Origin: Macrostomum lignano
Taxonomy: Eukaryota
Direction of reading: 5' to 3'
NCBI GenBank assembly: GCA_002269645.1
Contig: NIVC01004692.1
Coordinates: forward strand, 1 to 37,910
Length of the DNA stretch: 37,910 bases
The notes beneath the pieces are model-generated. The model was not told where the DNA came from. It searched no databases and saw only the letters and a program-made list of their open reading frames with translations. Made by a program: the position numbers and the translations under genes. Of the stretch, positions 1 to 12,831 are shown piece by piece. Numbering within the stretch: position 1 is the stretch's first letter; the number at the start of each line of letters is the position of its first letter.

Positions 1-420
1 AACGCCGAGACCTGGACGCTGATGGATTCGTCGAACAGCAGGTCGACGCGCGCACGCTGGCCTGCTACGCCCGCCTTCAAGATCGGCTACGAGCACTCTA
101 TCGCCGCGCCGGCCTGTCCCATCATAGCGAACTGTTGCATCGTCGGCGACTCCAGCTGGCAGGCCACATCATCCGAGCGAGTCCTTCTGCCCGCAGCTGG
201 TGCAGGAGGTGCTGCTGCTGCGCTGCAGGCACCCTACCGGCGGGGACAGGCGCGCACTCGGTGTTTCGTCGACTGCCTGCTGGCTGATGCCGGCGCCCCG
301 GAACCTGCCGGCGGTGCGGCCAGCGGTTCGCGTCTAGGCCCTAAAACGTGCCCTGTGACGTTGTCCTTGCCTCTCATGACTCGCTTGAATGGCTGACAGC
401 GCATTTTGTTGTTGTTGTAT
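1..420 (+). mobile_element. Degenerate 3' fragment of an RTE-clade non-LTR retrotransposon (RT C-terminal region plus (TTG)n tail); runs off the window start
   Basis: Bases 1 onward (aacgccgagacctggacgctga...) align by eye to 23349-23726 with several small deletions. Ends in ttttgttgttgttg at about 404-418, like the tail of the 22.9-23.8 kb copy. Confidence 0.85.
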
Positions 421-755
421 GGAGGGCACAGCATCAGAGTTTCGTTCTTGCGCTGCATGCTCCATTCTGAGGCCCTGGCTCAGCTGTTTCAGACAGTCGT
501 TGAGATTGTCTTGTTGTACAACTCTGAGACCGCGGCCATGCTGCGTGCGGCGTTCGGAGTGGGCAGCGGTCCAGGCAGCGAGACCAACGCCGCGCTCTAC
601 ACGAGGGGCACGCCTGATGCGGCCTTCGGACCTGCTGCGGGCGGGCGGCGACTTCGACTGGCTGGCCACGTCATCCGGTCGGAGGCTCGCTGCCCTGAGC
701 CGCTAAACTCAGCTGGCCAAGGGCGAACGGCGAGATATTCTGACAGGCTTTGACC
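421..755 (+). mobile_element. Second, more diverged fragment of the same RTE-like family, in tandem with the first
   Basis: Translates to ...LHSEALAQLFQTVVEIVLLYNSET...LRAAFGVG...TNAALY...RRLRLAGHVIRSEARCPEP, matching LQSEAL...LFQAVIETVLLYNAET...LRAAFKIG...RLQLAGHVIRAEAYCPEP of ORF 22866-23726, with internal deletions. Confidence 0.8.
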
Positions 756-2497
756 GATGCTGGCGCCCCGGACCAAGCTGGGGGGGGGGGATGTGACGCG
801 CTCTCTGACTTCTCCCCCTTTCTGGCCACTGCGTGGCTGGCGGTGAAGTATTTTAATTTGTTTTTGTTATTCAGAGTGTCACTTTTTCTCCTGCGCTTAC
901 TGAGAATCTTGTGACGTTGTGTGAAAATCGTGGGCAATAAAGTGCAACGAGCACAGTTGATCGATTCTGTTGTGGGTTGGTAGTTTACCCTTCGAATTCG
1001 TCACAACCATTCTAGTTGAGGATCATGCAAAGGAAGCACATGAAAAAATTTCTGCTTTTTGCTCCAGAAAATTGAATAGCTTTATTTTTTTACTTGCTGC
1101 GCATTTTATCAACCATTCTTTTTCTCTGACTATAGTCTCTGATAAAGCATGTATCATATCGCATCTTTATAACATACTTTTCATTTAGGGTGGAGTGGAG
1201 AAGGCATCCTCAAAAGCATGCGAGCAAATTTACACCCAATGTGCATGGGTTCAGCTTTCAAGGGGGGGGCGCTTTTACCCTGTATGCATCACAGACAAAG
1301 AAACAACGACAAAGAAATAAGACTAAATAACTGCTAGCTACGGGGAGAAGGAGGATTTTTTGAACAAAAATGTGAAAGTTACTTTAATAAGTTTTGTTGT
1401 AACTAGTAACTAGTAAAAAATTTAATAACTAATAAATTTTAATAACTAGTAAAAAATTACTTACCGCTTTTGTGTAGTGTTGCAATGAAATTTTTCTTAG
1501 TTAAGAGAAGAATTCAAGAAATTAGAAATGGGAGATACTTCAATAAGTCCTGGCTTTAAAGGCTAAGAAGAAGGCTAAGATGTACAGTTAAAATTTACGA
1601 TGCGCGGACTTACGAACTGTCGACCTAATCGTTGGTCATGCCACTGTACTTACTTTTGCAATGGGCAGGGGCAAACCCGAGGATGGGGCGGTCACTAAAC
1701 AAGTCTTTCACAAGATCGCAAAACAATGCAAAGCAAGCACTGGCTTAGACTGTCAGAGCGCAGACCGCAGACCGCATAAGATGCATAAGAAATGGTACGA
1801 TAGAATTTAAACGTGTGAGCAAGAAAAGGGCCAGGGGTTGTAGCCTAGCATGGTTAGTTAGAGGCTTAGAGCGTTGGGTTGCTAACGACTGGAAGAAAAG
1901 AAAAGAAAAAATAAACTAAAAGACAATTAGCCTGTTAAGTCCTACATGGGAAGAAAACACTGTACCCTATAAAGGTATAAAGGTAAAAATTAACCAAAAA
2001 AGGTTCTGAAAATGGTACGGTTGAACGACAAAACTTTTTGAACCCCCTCGTACGTCATGTTTTGTACACATGAACCTGAATTATGTATCTTTGTGCACAT
2101 GAACCTGTCGTAAATCAAGTATTTTAAATAAAAACTAATATAAACGACTTCACATATTTAATAATTTTCATGTTTGTTTTCAGAACAATAAATATGCAAC
2201 ATAATTCATATATTTAGTATAAGAGAATAAAACAAATTAAATCAATATAATAATTGATGGCATTCTCAAATGTTTAATGTTAATTAAAACTCATTTTGGC
2301 TGCTGCCTGCAAACAGCAAAACCTGCAAACAACGGATAATTGGGATTCTACTTGTATCGATAATTTCTTAAAACCAAGAAGATCCTGCATGGTCAACCAG
2401 TTACGCTCTTATATAGAAATTGTAATTTTTTAGTTTCAACTTGTAAAAAAAGGTTATGCAATAATTTCAATTGAGAATCCGTCAGTTCAAATCTTTT

Positions 2498-5400
2498 TTA
2501 GGTCTGCGGCAGATAGTGCTCAACCCGTTCGAGCAGTGAATCAGAGTAGCCGGGGCTGTAGTACTTCACAATCTCCTCCGGGTAGCAGTTGTTGATGGTG
2601 TTGATGTACTCCGCTAGAGCGCTGCCCGGCTCCGCTCTGATCTCCTGGATCTTCTTCAGCCCGCCTGAGGTGACGAACAGTCGGCGGGACTTGGGATTGT
2701 GCGGCAGCACCTTGCTGAACTGGGCCACCACGTGCTTGAGGATGTTGGCCGGGGCTTCTTGGAGCAGCGGCTCCAGAGCCTCGAGGTGGACGCACTTTTG
2801 AAGGATGTGTTTCAGCGCTTTCTTGGACTGCCAAGGTTAGGGTTTGAGGAAGTGGTTTACTCAGGATTCTTCAGGTAATACTCAGGATTTACATCTTCAG
2901 GTAATACTCAGGATTTACATCTTCAGGTAATACTCAGGATTTACATCTTCAGGTAATACTCAGGATTTACATCTTCAGGTAATACTCAGGATTTACATCT
3001 TCAGGTAATACTCAGGATTTACATCTTCAGGTAATACTCAGGATTTACATCTTCAGGTAATACTCAGGATTTACATCTTCAGGTAATACTCAGGATTTAC
3101 ATCTTCAGGTAATACTCAGGATTTACATCTTCAGGTAATACTCAGGATTTACATCTTCAGGTAATACTCAGGATTTACATCTTCAGGTAATACTCAGGAT
3201 TTACATCTTCAGGTAATACTCAGGATTTACATCTTCAGGTAATACTCAGGATTTACATCTTCAGGTAATACTCAGGATTTACATCTTCAGGTAATACTCA
3301 GGATTTACATCTTCAGGTTTCTTAAGACTCCAATTATCAGTCATTTAGACACTTGGAGTCACTTAGAACATTGCAGGTAGTTATCGCAATCGCAATCCTC
3401 ACCTTGATCTGCAGATCCTCGCTAACATCGGGCCTCAAATAAGCTCTGAGCAGTTTGGGCAGCACATTGGCCTGAGCAACAGCCTTGGCGTGCTCGGCGA
3501 GTGGCGGCCAATCTGGCCCAGAGACCAGGCCGCCGCAGCCTGGATGTGGTCCTCAGACTCGGTTTGCAGGACCGCGTCCAACGTTAGTACACCCTGCGGA
3601 TGGGGGGGGCACGATCGTGATCTTAGGCTTTTGAAAGAATTGAGAAAATAAGCGCAGCGTGGGAGAGGCGGGATGGGGGAGCGGGGGCGGCAGCCAATGG
3701 AGGGTTTTGGGCTACGAGGCAACCCCCATTTATTACTAGACTTGTAAAATATACGAGCTATATTTTAACTGCACTACTTACACTACAGATATCAGTAGAC
3801 AAACTTGAAAATTTAATTTTTATACAAATGTAGCTCGTAAATGTAATTGCACATGTAAATAGCTTATGAAGAACGTGTTAATAAATCGAGACGGGGATTT
3901 CAGACACAAGCTCACACAGGGTGCACAGGGGCCCTGACTTTCTAATCGTCAGGCATGTACAGTCTCCGTGCCTTTGGGAATGAAAATGAACTCCAGGCAC
4001 TCATTTTAGCGCCACAGGCACTCATTTTAGCGCCGCAGGCACTCATTTTAGCGCCGCAGGCACTCATTTTAGCGCCGCAGGCACTCATTTTAGCGCCGCA
4101 GGCACTCATTTTAGCGCCGCAGGCACTCATTTTAGCGCCGCAGGCACTCATTTTAGCGCCGCAAGCACTCATTTTAGCGCCACAGGCACTCATTTTAGCG
4201 CCGCAGGCACTCATTTTAGCGCCGCAGGCACTCATTTTAGCGCCGCAGGCACTCATTTTAGCGCCGCAGGCACTCATTTTAGCGCCGCAGACACTCATTT
4301 TAGCGCCGCAGGCACTCATTTTGTCGCCCCGTTGGCGACGCCTCCATAGTTAATCCCCAGACAGATTATGTCTGTTAAAAATTACCCTGGACACAATGAC
4401 AGCCATGGCCAGATTCTCAGAGTGGGCGGCCACATATCCAAGCATCATGACTCCCGGCAGGCGGACGTTCCCTCGACTGTCGCCGACAAAATCGACAATG
4501 GCGGCAACTCCGCCCGCATTCACAATGAGCTGCGACAGCTCAGGCGTGTGCTTGGCAACCTCGCGGATGAGGGTGGCGCAGTTCTTGCGAACATATTCGT
4601 CCGGGTCCTTCAGGCAGGTCAGCACAGCCGGGAAGATTTCGGCTTCGACCACCATTTCGGCCAGATCGACGGAGTGCTTGGAGATCTGGGCGAGGGCTGA
4701 GAACACCTGGCGCTTCAGCTTGGCGTCAGGGTTCAGCACCATCTGGGCCAAGTGGGCGATCGCGCCTGGTATCGGGGGAGGCAGGGGACGGAGATTTTAA
4801 TGGATTTTTCTCTTGCATTCTTATAATAATTTTCCACTTTCATCTCCCCTCTCATCTCCCCCTCTCATCTCCCCTCCCATCTTTACTCTCATCTCCAATC
4901 CCATCTCCCCTCTCATCCCCTCTCATCTCCCCTCCCATCTTCACTCTCATCTCCCCTCCCATCTTCACTCTCATCTCTCCTCCCATCTCCCCACCCATCT
5001 CGCCTCTCACCCCCCTCTCATCCTCTTTCCTCACCCCCCTCTCATCCCCCCTCATCCCTCTCTCACCCCTTCTCATCTCCCCTCTCATCCCCCTTCTCAT
5101 CTCCTCTCTCAACACCTCTCATAACGCCTCTTATCTCTTCTATCATGAGATTAGATGAGAAATATAGCAGTCTGACTCTTATTCCTCTCTTTCTTCCATA
5201 GATTGTCCAAATCCCCATCCCGTTCCAAACTTCCTCCCAACTCACCAGCGTCCACCACAGTCTGGGCGAGCTCTGGCGAGTGCTTAGAAATGTCGGACAG
5301 GGCCGAGGCGGCGATCCGCTTGAGGCTGAGGTCGGGCTCCTGCACGCACAGCACCAGGAGCGGCACCGCGCCAGCGTCCACCACAGCCTGGGCGAGCTCC

Positions 5401-7131
5401 GGCCCGTGTCTGGCGATGTAGCCGAGGGCCCAGGCGGCGCTCTCCTTGACGCCCGGGTCGAATTCCTCCAGACAAATGACCAGAGCGTCTAGGGCGCCGC
5501 AGTCAACGACGGCTTGAGCCAGTTCTGGCGAGTGCTTGGCAACGGCGCGGAGTACGAATGCGGCGGCCTTTTTGTAGAAGCGCTGAAGGTCGGGGTGAAA
5601 AATCGAGTTTTAAAAAAAGCGCAAAAATCGAACTGATAAAGGCGCCGAAATCGAACTAATAAAAGGCGCCGAAATCGAACTAATAAAAGGCGCCGAAATC
5701 GAACTGATAAAGGCGCCCACATCGAACTTATAAAGGCGCCAAAATCGAACTTATAAAGGCGCCGAAATTGAACTAATAAAGGCGCCAAAATCGAACTGAT
5801 AAAGGCGCCAAAATCAAACTAATAAAGGCGCCAAAATCGAACTGATAAAGGCGCCAAAATCAAACTAATAAAGGCGCCAAAATCGAACTGATAAAAGGCG
5901 CCGAAATCGAACTGATAAAGGCGCCGAAATTGAACTGATAAAGGCGCCGAAATCAAACTGATAAAGGCGCCAAAATCGAACTTATAAAGGCGCCGAAATC
6001 GAGCTGATAAAAGGCGCCTAAATCGAACTGAAAGGTGCCAAAATCTATTTGAAAGAGCGCCATTCTATTCATTCTATTCGTATTCTTCCTCTCGAAAGAT
6101 TTTTAAGACTTTTATTGATTGCGATAGACAAGCGTTGCTAATCCAAGTAGCACTACATGTGTCTAACGCCAAAAAACCAAAAACTCACATTTTGCTCGGC
6201 GAGGGAATAGACCAGCTGCGGCAGGATGTCGCCTTTGACAACGGCCTCAGCCAGATCGTCGTTGTAGTTGGCCAGTCGGCCGAGAGCCAAGGCGGCGGTC
6301 TGCTGGATAGTGGGCACAATGTCCAGCAGCAGAGGCCGCAGTAGCGACATGACGCCGGCATTTTGCAGCGTCTCGATGTTCTGAGGCCGGGTGGCCAGCT
6401 CGGCGACAGTCTGCACGAACTGGGTGCGAGCCTTCTGGTACTGCTCGAATACTGAGTGAAATTGTTTTATTAAACTTAAGTAAGCTTTGAATGAATAATA
6501 AATAAGACTAAAATCTAACCTTTCAATTCAAAATTTTTTTAACCATCAGAAATAAATTGTGGTCTTTTCGTTGCAGCAAAATATTTTTTGAACTTGGATA
6601 CTTTTAACAAAATTAAATATGCTGCTTTATGTTATATTTATATTAATGTATATTAAAGACCATTTAAAATCGAAAATTATTGATAAGATTTTCATGATGA
6701 AATAGACATCATTTTGACATTGTTTTTAATGTTGAATTTAAATTACTAAAAATTATAATTGATTATTCAGATTATATAACACTACATATGGAAACTATTT
6801 TTTCCTATTAAAACAACATCCTTTTTACAGAAATTAAAAAGCACAGAAATTAAACAAAACTCTTTATCTTAGAATCACACACTTGATCACATAGAATGTT
6901 TTACAGCATGAAACTGCATAGAGAACTTAGTCTGCCTTAGGATTTATTTGCAAATTTTTTTAGTGTAAATAAGCCTACCAGTACCAGTTCATGTCTTCAT
7001 AATCATTTCATTTTCTAATTGAATGGCTGTCTTCTTCTTACTGTCTAAATATACTTCCCTTGAATGATTAACTACCAGTTTTAAGTAACGGACAGCGAAC
7101 CCTTACCTTGAAGAACCTGTCGTTGGCTCAT
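2498..7131 (-). CDS. SPAG6: Sperm-associated antigen 6 / PF16 (armadillo-repeat axonemal central-pair protein), 6 coding exons, about 508 aa after correcting one frameshift
   Basis: Exons 7131-7107 (MSQRQVLQ), 6451-6189 (VFEQYQKARTQFVQ...AEQN), 5582-5246 (RFYKKAAAFVLR...VVDA), 4765-4386 (GAIAHLAQM...VIVSR), 3593-3403 (GVLTL...DLQIK; 191 nt, one base short), 2827-2498 (SKKALK...YLPQT*). All introns are GT-AG and phase-consistent. Recognised as highly similar to vertebrate SPAG6 over the full length. Confidence 0.97.
2870..3318. repeat. 26-bp minisatellite (ctcaggatttacatcttcaggtaata), about 17 near-identical copies, SPAG6 intron 5
   Basis: Direct reading of tandem units. Confidence 0.95.
3995..4322. 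repeat. 21-bp minisatellite (gcactcattttagcgccgcag), about 15 copies, SPAG6 intron 4
   Basis: Direct reading. It produces the artefactual MSACGAK and ALILAPQ ORFs. Confidence 0.95.
4838..5110. repeat. CT-rich low-complexity/degenerate repeat (ctctcatctcccc), SPAG6 intron 3
   Basis: Direct reading. Confidence 0.85.
5620..6040. repeat. 22-24-bp minisatellite (aaggcgccgaaatcgaactgata), about 18 copies, SPAG6 intron 2
   Basis: Direct reading of tandem units with length variants. Confidence 0.9.
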
Positions 7132-7258
7132 CTTTATGCAGCTTGAATTTACTTGCACTCTGTGCTGAACTGCAAAAAAAAGTCACCACGCGTCGCAACC
7201 TTTCAATTTATGAAATGCGTTTTGATTTAGGAATTTGAAATACCTCGCGTTTCCAAAA

Positions 7259-7272
7259 CTTTCTATAGCAAC
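7259..7272. promoter_or_regulatory. Candidate RFX X-box (CTTTCTATAGCAAC; GTTGCTATAGAAAG on the gene strand) about 130 bp upstream of the SPAG6 ATG
   Basis: One strong X-box half-site plus a degenerate half. Motile-cilia genes such as SPAG6 are classical RFX targets. Function is not shown. Confidence 0.5.
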
Positions 7273-8553
7273 ATCAAAAAGTAAAACAAATGAAACAAAA
7301 TTGACATAATTTTTGCACAAACGTTATTTAATTACGTTATTAAATTAAAGTATAGTTAGTTTTTTAGTAGGAAATTATTTTCTACACACTTTCAAATGAA
7401 GTAGATTCGGCAGTACAACAGTACAACATCAATCAACGACCATTTGAATTCATTTATTAGTTTATTTCACTGCAGTTTTATGGATTATACTTATAACTTT
7501 AGTAAGCATGATAGAATTGTTTGATTACACTTAATGAGTTTCTAATTATCTACATATGTATACTGGGCACACTTCCGCTAAATTCCGTTTTTTCAGTTTC
7601 GCTTATTTAATTTTAGTCTGCTCTTAGCAGCTCCTCGTATGTAATGCGTGAATTCTTTCAACTGCTCTTACAGCAAGCGCCGAACATAGCGTTCAACATA
7701 GGCACTGTTGCACATTGTTCATTTGTGCATGATCTTGCTTTATTATAGTCATTACTCAGATATTGTCATACAACAATGCTGAGTAGTATCTATAATATTT
7801 AGTGAATGTGCCAAATAACGCTAGGCCACACGCATAATTTTAGGACGATCGGGTGGCCAATGATCCACCTTGCTTATTTACAAACCGTCTCGCATGTTAG
7901 GCTGCCCGTGCAATGAAGCAGATTTAATATTGTCGCTCGAACTCTGCCGGTATAACCCCTGAGGCCCTGACTACAAATAGCTAGAGGACCCATATGCGCG
8001 CGGCAACACGAAAAGGCGAGCTTAGGGACGGGGGTCTAGGACAGGGGCCAGGTATGGCGTATAGAAGATTGTAGAAAACTCGTTCAATTCAAGCCATATC
8101 TTGCGCACAGACTTCGAGTCGAGAGAATTCTAAACCGATCAATAATAAAATGACACCAGGCCACTGATTCCCAACCCCTCGACCCATGTACATTTATATA
8201 TATACTCATCCACGATCTTACCTTCACTGCAATGGGCCCCAGTAATATTGTGCAAGCCCCGACCGAACCTCTCCACCCCAAGCGGGTGGGGGGGGGCACA
8301 GGGGGGTGGGTACAGAATAAAGGCCCGGGACCCTCCCCTCTAAACATGCACACACTGGCACAGAAAAATTATGACGTAACAATTGCTTTCCAATAGTCTG
8401 TCTGCTTCTTCTTCTGACTATATATTTCTTAAGCCTTAAGTTGCATTGGCACACTGAGCTAAAACTCTAAACAGGTCGAGCCTTTAATAGTTCTATATAT
8501 ATTCGTCAATACAGTGGGAAGATAGGATTAACCTTTTGTGCTATTATAGAGCT

Positions 8554-10071
8554 ATGAAAGCGCACAATGAGCAGATTGAAAATGAGACTGAGGAGCAGCA
8601 GCAACTGCAGCAGCAATTGACCAGCAGCAGCAATGATCAGTCACCGTGTCTGTCAGCATCGACAGAATCTGTCCACTCAACGGGCTCAAGAGGTGTCCCC
8701 GAATGTCGAATTTGTCGCAGTTCATCAACGGAGCTTCGCCGAGTTGGCGACAAGCTTCACCGGGTGAAATGCGCCTGCACTGGCAGCCTGGAGCACCTGT
8801 GCGCCCAGTGCTACCAGCGCTATTACCTGGAACAGGAGTTGGAAAGGTGAGACATTTGAGAACTGATTTTGATCAACTTGCTGGGAATTGAGCCTTTTGT
8901 CTGCTGCCTTCCCAGCTGCCTTCCCAGCTCCCTTTCCTGCTGTCTTCCTTACTGCTTTCCCAGCTGACTTCGCATCTGTCTTACCAGCTACCTGATCTCA
9001 GCTATCTTTCTGCAGTAGCTTTCCCAGCTGTTTTCCCAGCTGTCTTACCGGCTGTTTTCCCAGCTGTCTTACTGGCTGTTTTCCCAGCTGTCTTACCGGC
9101 TGTTTTCCCAACTGTCTTATCAGCTGTTTTCCCAACTGTCTTATCAGCTGTTTTCTTAGCTGTCTTACCGGCTGTTTCCCAGCTGTCTTACCAGCTGCTT
9201 TCCCAGCTGTATTACCAGCTGCTGCTTTCCCAGCTGTCTTACCAGCTGCTTTCCCAGCTGTCTTACCAGCTGCTGCTTTCCCAGCTGTCTTACCATCTGT
9301 TTTCCTAGCTGTCTTACCAGCTGTTTTCCTAGCTGTCTTACCAGCTGTTTCCCAGCTGTCTTACCAGCTGTTTCCCAGCTGTCTTACCAGCTGATTTCCC
9401 AGCTGCCTTCTCTGCATTCCTGGTAATCTTCGAGGATGGCCCAACAACTGAGGATCTGTGGGAGGCTATCTTTCTCAAGCAGCCTGCAGCTCTATAAACA
9501 GCCTTCACTTCCAAGACCCTGTCTCTCTTGCAGATGCGAAATCTGTCGCCAGCCGATTGACATCGAGGAGAGCAACCCCGCGGCCAGGGCTCTGCTGAAG
9601 CTCCGACTTCGCTGCCGCTGCCGCCCCGGTTCCTCGTCGTCTGACGGGTCCCACAGAAGTCGACGCAATGACAGCGGCTGCATTGAGGGCCGCTTCCTGG
9701 CTTACGCCTGCTTCGTTCTAATAGTCTTTGTCGTAGTCTTTATCATATTCTTTGTCGCTGGGGAGAAGCTTCAGCAGCGAAGGCGCCTCAGGCAGCTGGC
9801 GGCACCCGGAGGAGTTGATGATGAAGCCTCGACAGCCGTCACAACGGCGCCGACGAGACCGATGTCGGATTCTGAGCGCCGAGTTGAAGCTGTGGTGTTC
9901 GCCGCGGTGGCCTGCATCAACGTGGCCATCGCGTTGATGTACATGGCCTGGCGGAGTTGCGGCAGCTGCGAGCGGCGCCGTCGACACCACAGTCAGTTTC
10001 CACAACAGCGGTCAGGTGACCGCGACGTGGAGGCTGTTGAGCGAATTGCTAACGAAAATCTAAGGGCTTGA
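8554..10071 (+). CDS. MARCH-like membrane E3 ubiquitin ligase: N-terminal RING-variant domain plus two predicted TM helices
   Basis: Exon 8554-8846 (MKAHNEQ...CRIC...CACTGSLEHLCAQCYQRYYLEQELE) joins through a phase-2 GT-AG intron (8847-9533) to exon 9534-10071 (RCEICRQPI...FLAYACFVLIVFVVVFIIFFVAG...VEAVVFAAVACINVAIALMYMAW...*). The splice completes the RING ligand set. An AG acceptor 4 nt before the ATG suggests an upstream exon or leader. Confidence 0.8.
8900..9405. repeat. About 22-24-bp degenerate minisatellite (cccagctgtcttaccagctgtttt), intron of the MARCH-like gene
   Basis: Direct reading. Confidence 0.9.
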
Positions 10072-10149
10072 ATATTAGCTAAGTAGGTAATTATATCTTA
10101 ATCAATTGTGACTAATTTTTAGGATCAGAATTTAACGTTCAGCAGGGGA

Positions 10150-12831
10150 ATTTGGGGATCAGAGTTTTACCTGAGGAATTTGGGGATCAGAGTTTAACCT
10201 GAGGAATTTGGGGATCAGATTGTTTTACCTGAGGAATTTGGGGATCAGAGTTTTATTTGAGGAACTTGGGGATCAGAGTTTTACCTGAGGAATTTGGGGA
10301 TCAGAGTTTTACCTGAGGAATTTGGGGATAAGAGTTTTACCTGAGGAATTTGGGGATCAGAGTTTTACCTGAGGAATTTGGGGATCAGAGTTTTACCTGA
10401 GGAACTTGGGGATCAGAGTTTTACCTGAGGAATTTGGGGATCAGAGTTTTACCTGAGGAATTTGGGGATCAGATCGTTTTACCTGAGGAATTTGGGGATC
10501 AGAGTTTTACCTGAGGAATTTGGGGATAAGAGTTTTACCTGAGGAATTTGGGGATCAAAGTTTTACATGAGGAATTTGGGGGATCAGAGTTTTACCTGAG
10601 GAATTTGGGGATCAGAGTTTTATTTGAGGAACTTGGGGGATCAGAGTTTTACCTGAGGAATTTGGGGATCAGAGTTTTATTTGAGGAACTTGGGGATCAG
10701 AGTTTTACCTGAGGAATTTGGGGATCAGAGTTTTACCTGAGGAATTTGGGGATCAGAGTTTTACCTGAGGAATTTGGGGATCAGATTTTTACCTGAGGAA
10801 TTTGGGGGATCAGAGTTTTACCTGAGGAATTTGGGGGATCAGAGTTTTACCTGAGGAATTTGGGGATCAGTGTTTTACCTGAGGAATTTGGGGATCAGAT
10901 CGTTTTACCTGAGGAATTTGGGGATCAGAGTTTTACCTGAGGAATTTGGGGATCAGATCGTTTTACCTGAGGAATTTGGGGATCAGATCGTTTTACCTGA
11001 GGAATTTGGGGATCAGAGTTTTACCTGAGGAATTTGGGGATCAGATCGTTTTACCTGAGGAATTTGGGGATAAGAGTTTTACCTGAGGAATTTGGGGATC
11101 AGAGTTTTACCTGAGGAATTTGGGGATCAGAGTTTTACATGAGGAATTTGGGGATCAGATCGTTTTACCTGAGGAATTTGGGGATCAGATCGTTTTACCT
11201 GAGGAATTTGGGGATCAGAGTTTTACCTGAGGAATTTGGGGATCAGAGTTTTACCTGAGGAATTTGGGGATCAGAGTTTTACATGAGGAATTTGGGGATC
11301 AGATCGTTTTACCTGAGGAATTTGGGGGATCAGAGTTTTACCTGAGGAATTTGGGGATCAGATCGTTTTACCTGAGGAATTTGGGGATCAGATCGTTTTA
11401 CCTGAGGAATTTGGGGATCAGATCGTTTTACCTGAGGAATTTGGGGATCAGATCGTTTTACCTGAGGAATTTGGGGATCAGAGTTTTACCTGAGGAATTT
11501 GGGGATCAGATCGTTTTACCTGAGGAATTTGGGGATAAGAGTTTTACCTGAGGAATTTGGGGATCAGAGTTTTACCTGAGGAATTTGGGGATCAGAGTTT
11601 TACCTGAGGAATTTGGGGATCAGAGTTTTACCTGAGGAATTTGGGGATCAGAGTTTTACCTGAGGAATTTGGGGATCAGAGTTTTACATGAGGAATTTGG
11701 GGATCAGATCGTTTTACCTGAGGAATTTGGGGATCAGATCGTTTTACCTGAGGAATTTGGGGATCAGAGTTTTACCTGAGGAATTTGGGGATCAGAGTTT
11801 TACCTGAGGAATTTGGGGATCAGAGTTTTACATGAGGAATTTGGGATCAGATCGTTTTACCTGAGGAATTTGGGGATCAGAGTTTTACCTGAGGAATTTG
11901 GGCATCAGATCGTTTTACCTGAGGAATTTGGGCATCAGATCGTTTTACCTGAGGAATTTGGGGATCAGATCGTTTTACCTGAGGAATTTGGGGATCAGAT
12001 CGTTTTACCTGAGGAATTTGGGGATCAGAGTTTTACCTGAGGAATTTGGGGATCAGATCGTTTTACCTGAGGAATTTGGGGATAGAGTTTTACCTGAGGA
12101 ATTTGGGGATCAGATCGTTTTAACCTGAGGAATTTGGGGATCAGATCGTTTTACCTGAGGAATTTGGGGATCAGATCGTTTTACCTGAGGAATTTGGGGA
12201 TCAGAGTTTTACCTGAGGAATTTGGGGATCAGATCGTTTTACCTGAGGAATTTGGGGATCAGATCGTTTTACCTGAGGAATTTGGGGATCAGAGTTTTAC
12301 CTGAGGAATTTGGGGATCAGATCGTTTTACCTGAGGAATTTGGGGATAAGAGTTTTACCTGAGGAATTTGGGGATCAGATCGTTTACCTGAGGAATTTGG
12401 GGATCAGATCGTTTTACCTGAGGAATTTGGGGATCAGATCGTTTTACCTGAGGAATTTGGGGATCAGAGTTTTACCTGAGGAATTTGGGGATCAGATCGT
12501 TTTACCTGAGGAATTTGGGGATAAGAGTTTTACCTGAGGAATTTGGGGATCAGAGTTTTACCTGAGGAATTTGGGGATCAGATCGTTTTACCTGAGGAAT
12601 TTGGGGATAAGAGTTTTACCTGAGGAATTTGGGGATCAGAGTTTTACCTGAGGAATTTGGGGATCAGATCGTTTTACCTGAGGAATTTGGGGATCAGATC
12701 GTTTTACCTGAGGAATTTGGGGATCAGAGTTTTACCTGAGGAATTTGGGGATCAGATCGTTTTACCTGAGGAATTTGGGGATCAGAGTTTTACCTGAGGA
12801 ATTTGGGAATCACAGTTTTACCTGAGGAATT
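10150..12831. repeat. 2.7-kb satellite of interspersed 28-bp (gaggaatttggggatcagagttttacct) and 30-bp (…gatcagatcgtttt…) units, about 90 copies
   Basis: Direct reading. Lies between two convergent genes. Confidence 0.97.

Noticed and set aside
10150-12831. Regular ~29-bp repeats as a CRISPR array
   Set aside because: Units are directly adjacent with no unique spacers, there are no cas genes, and the context is eukaryotic. The same applies to all other arrays here.
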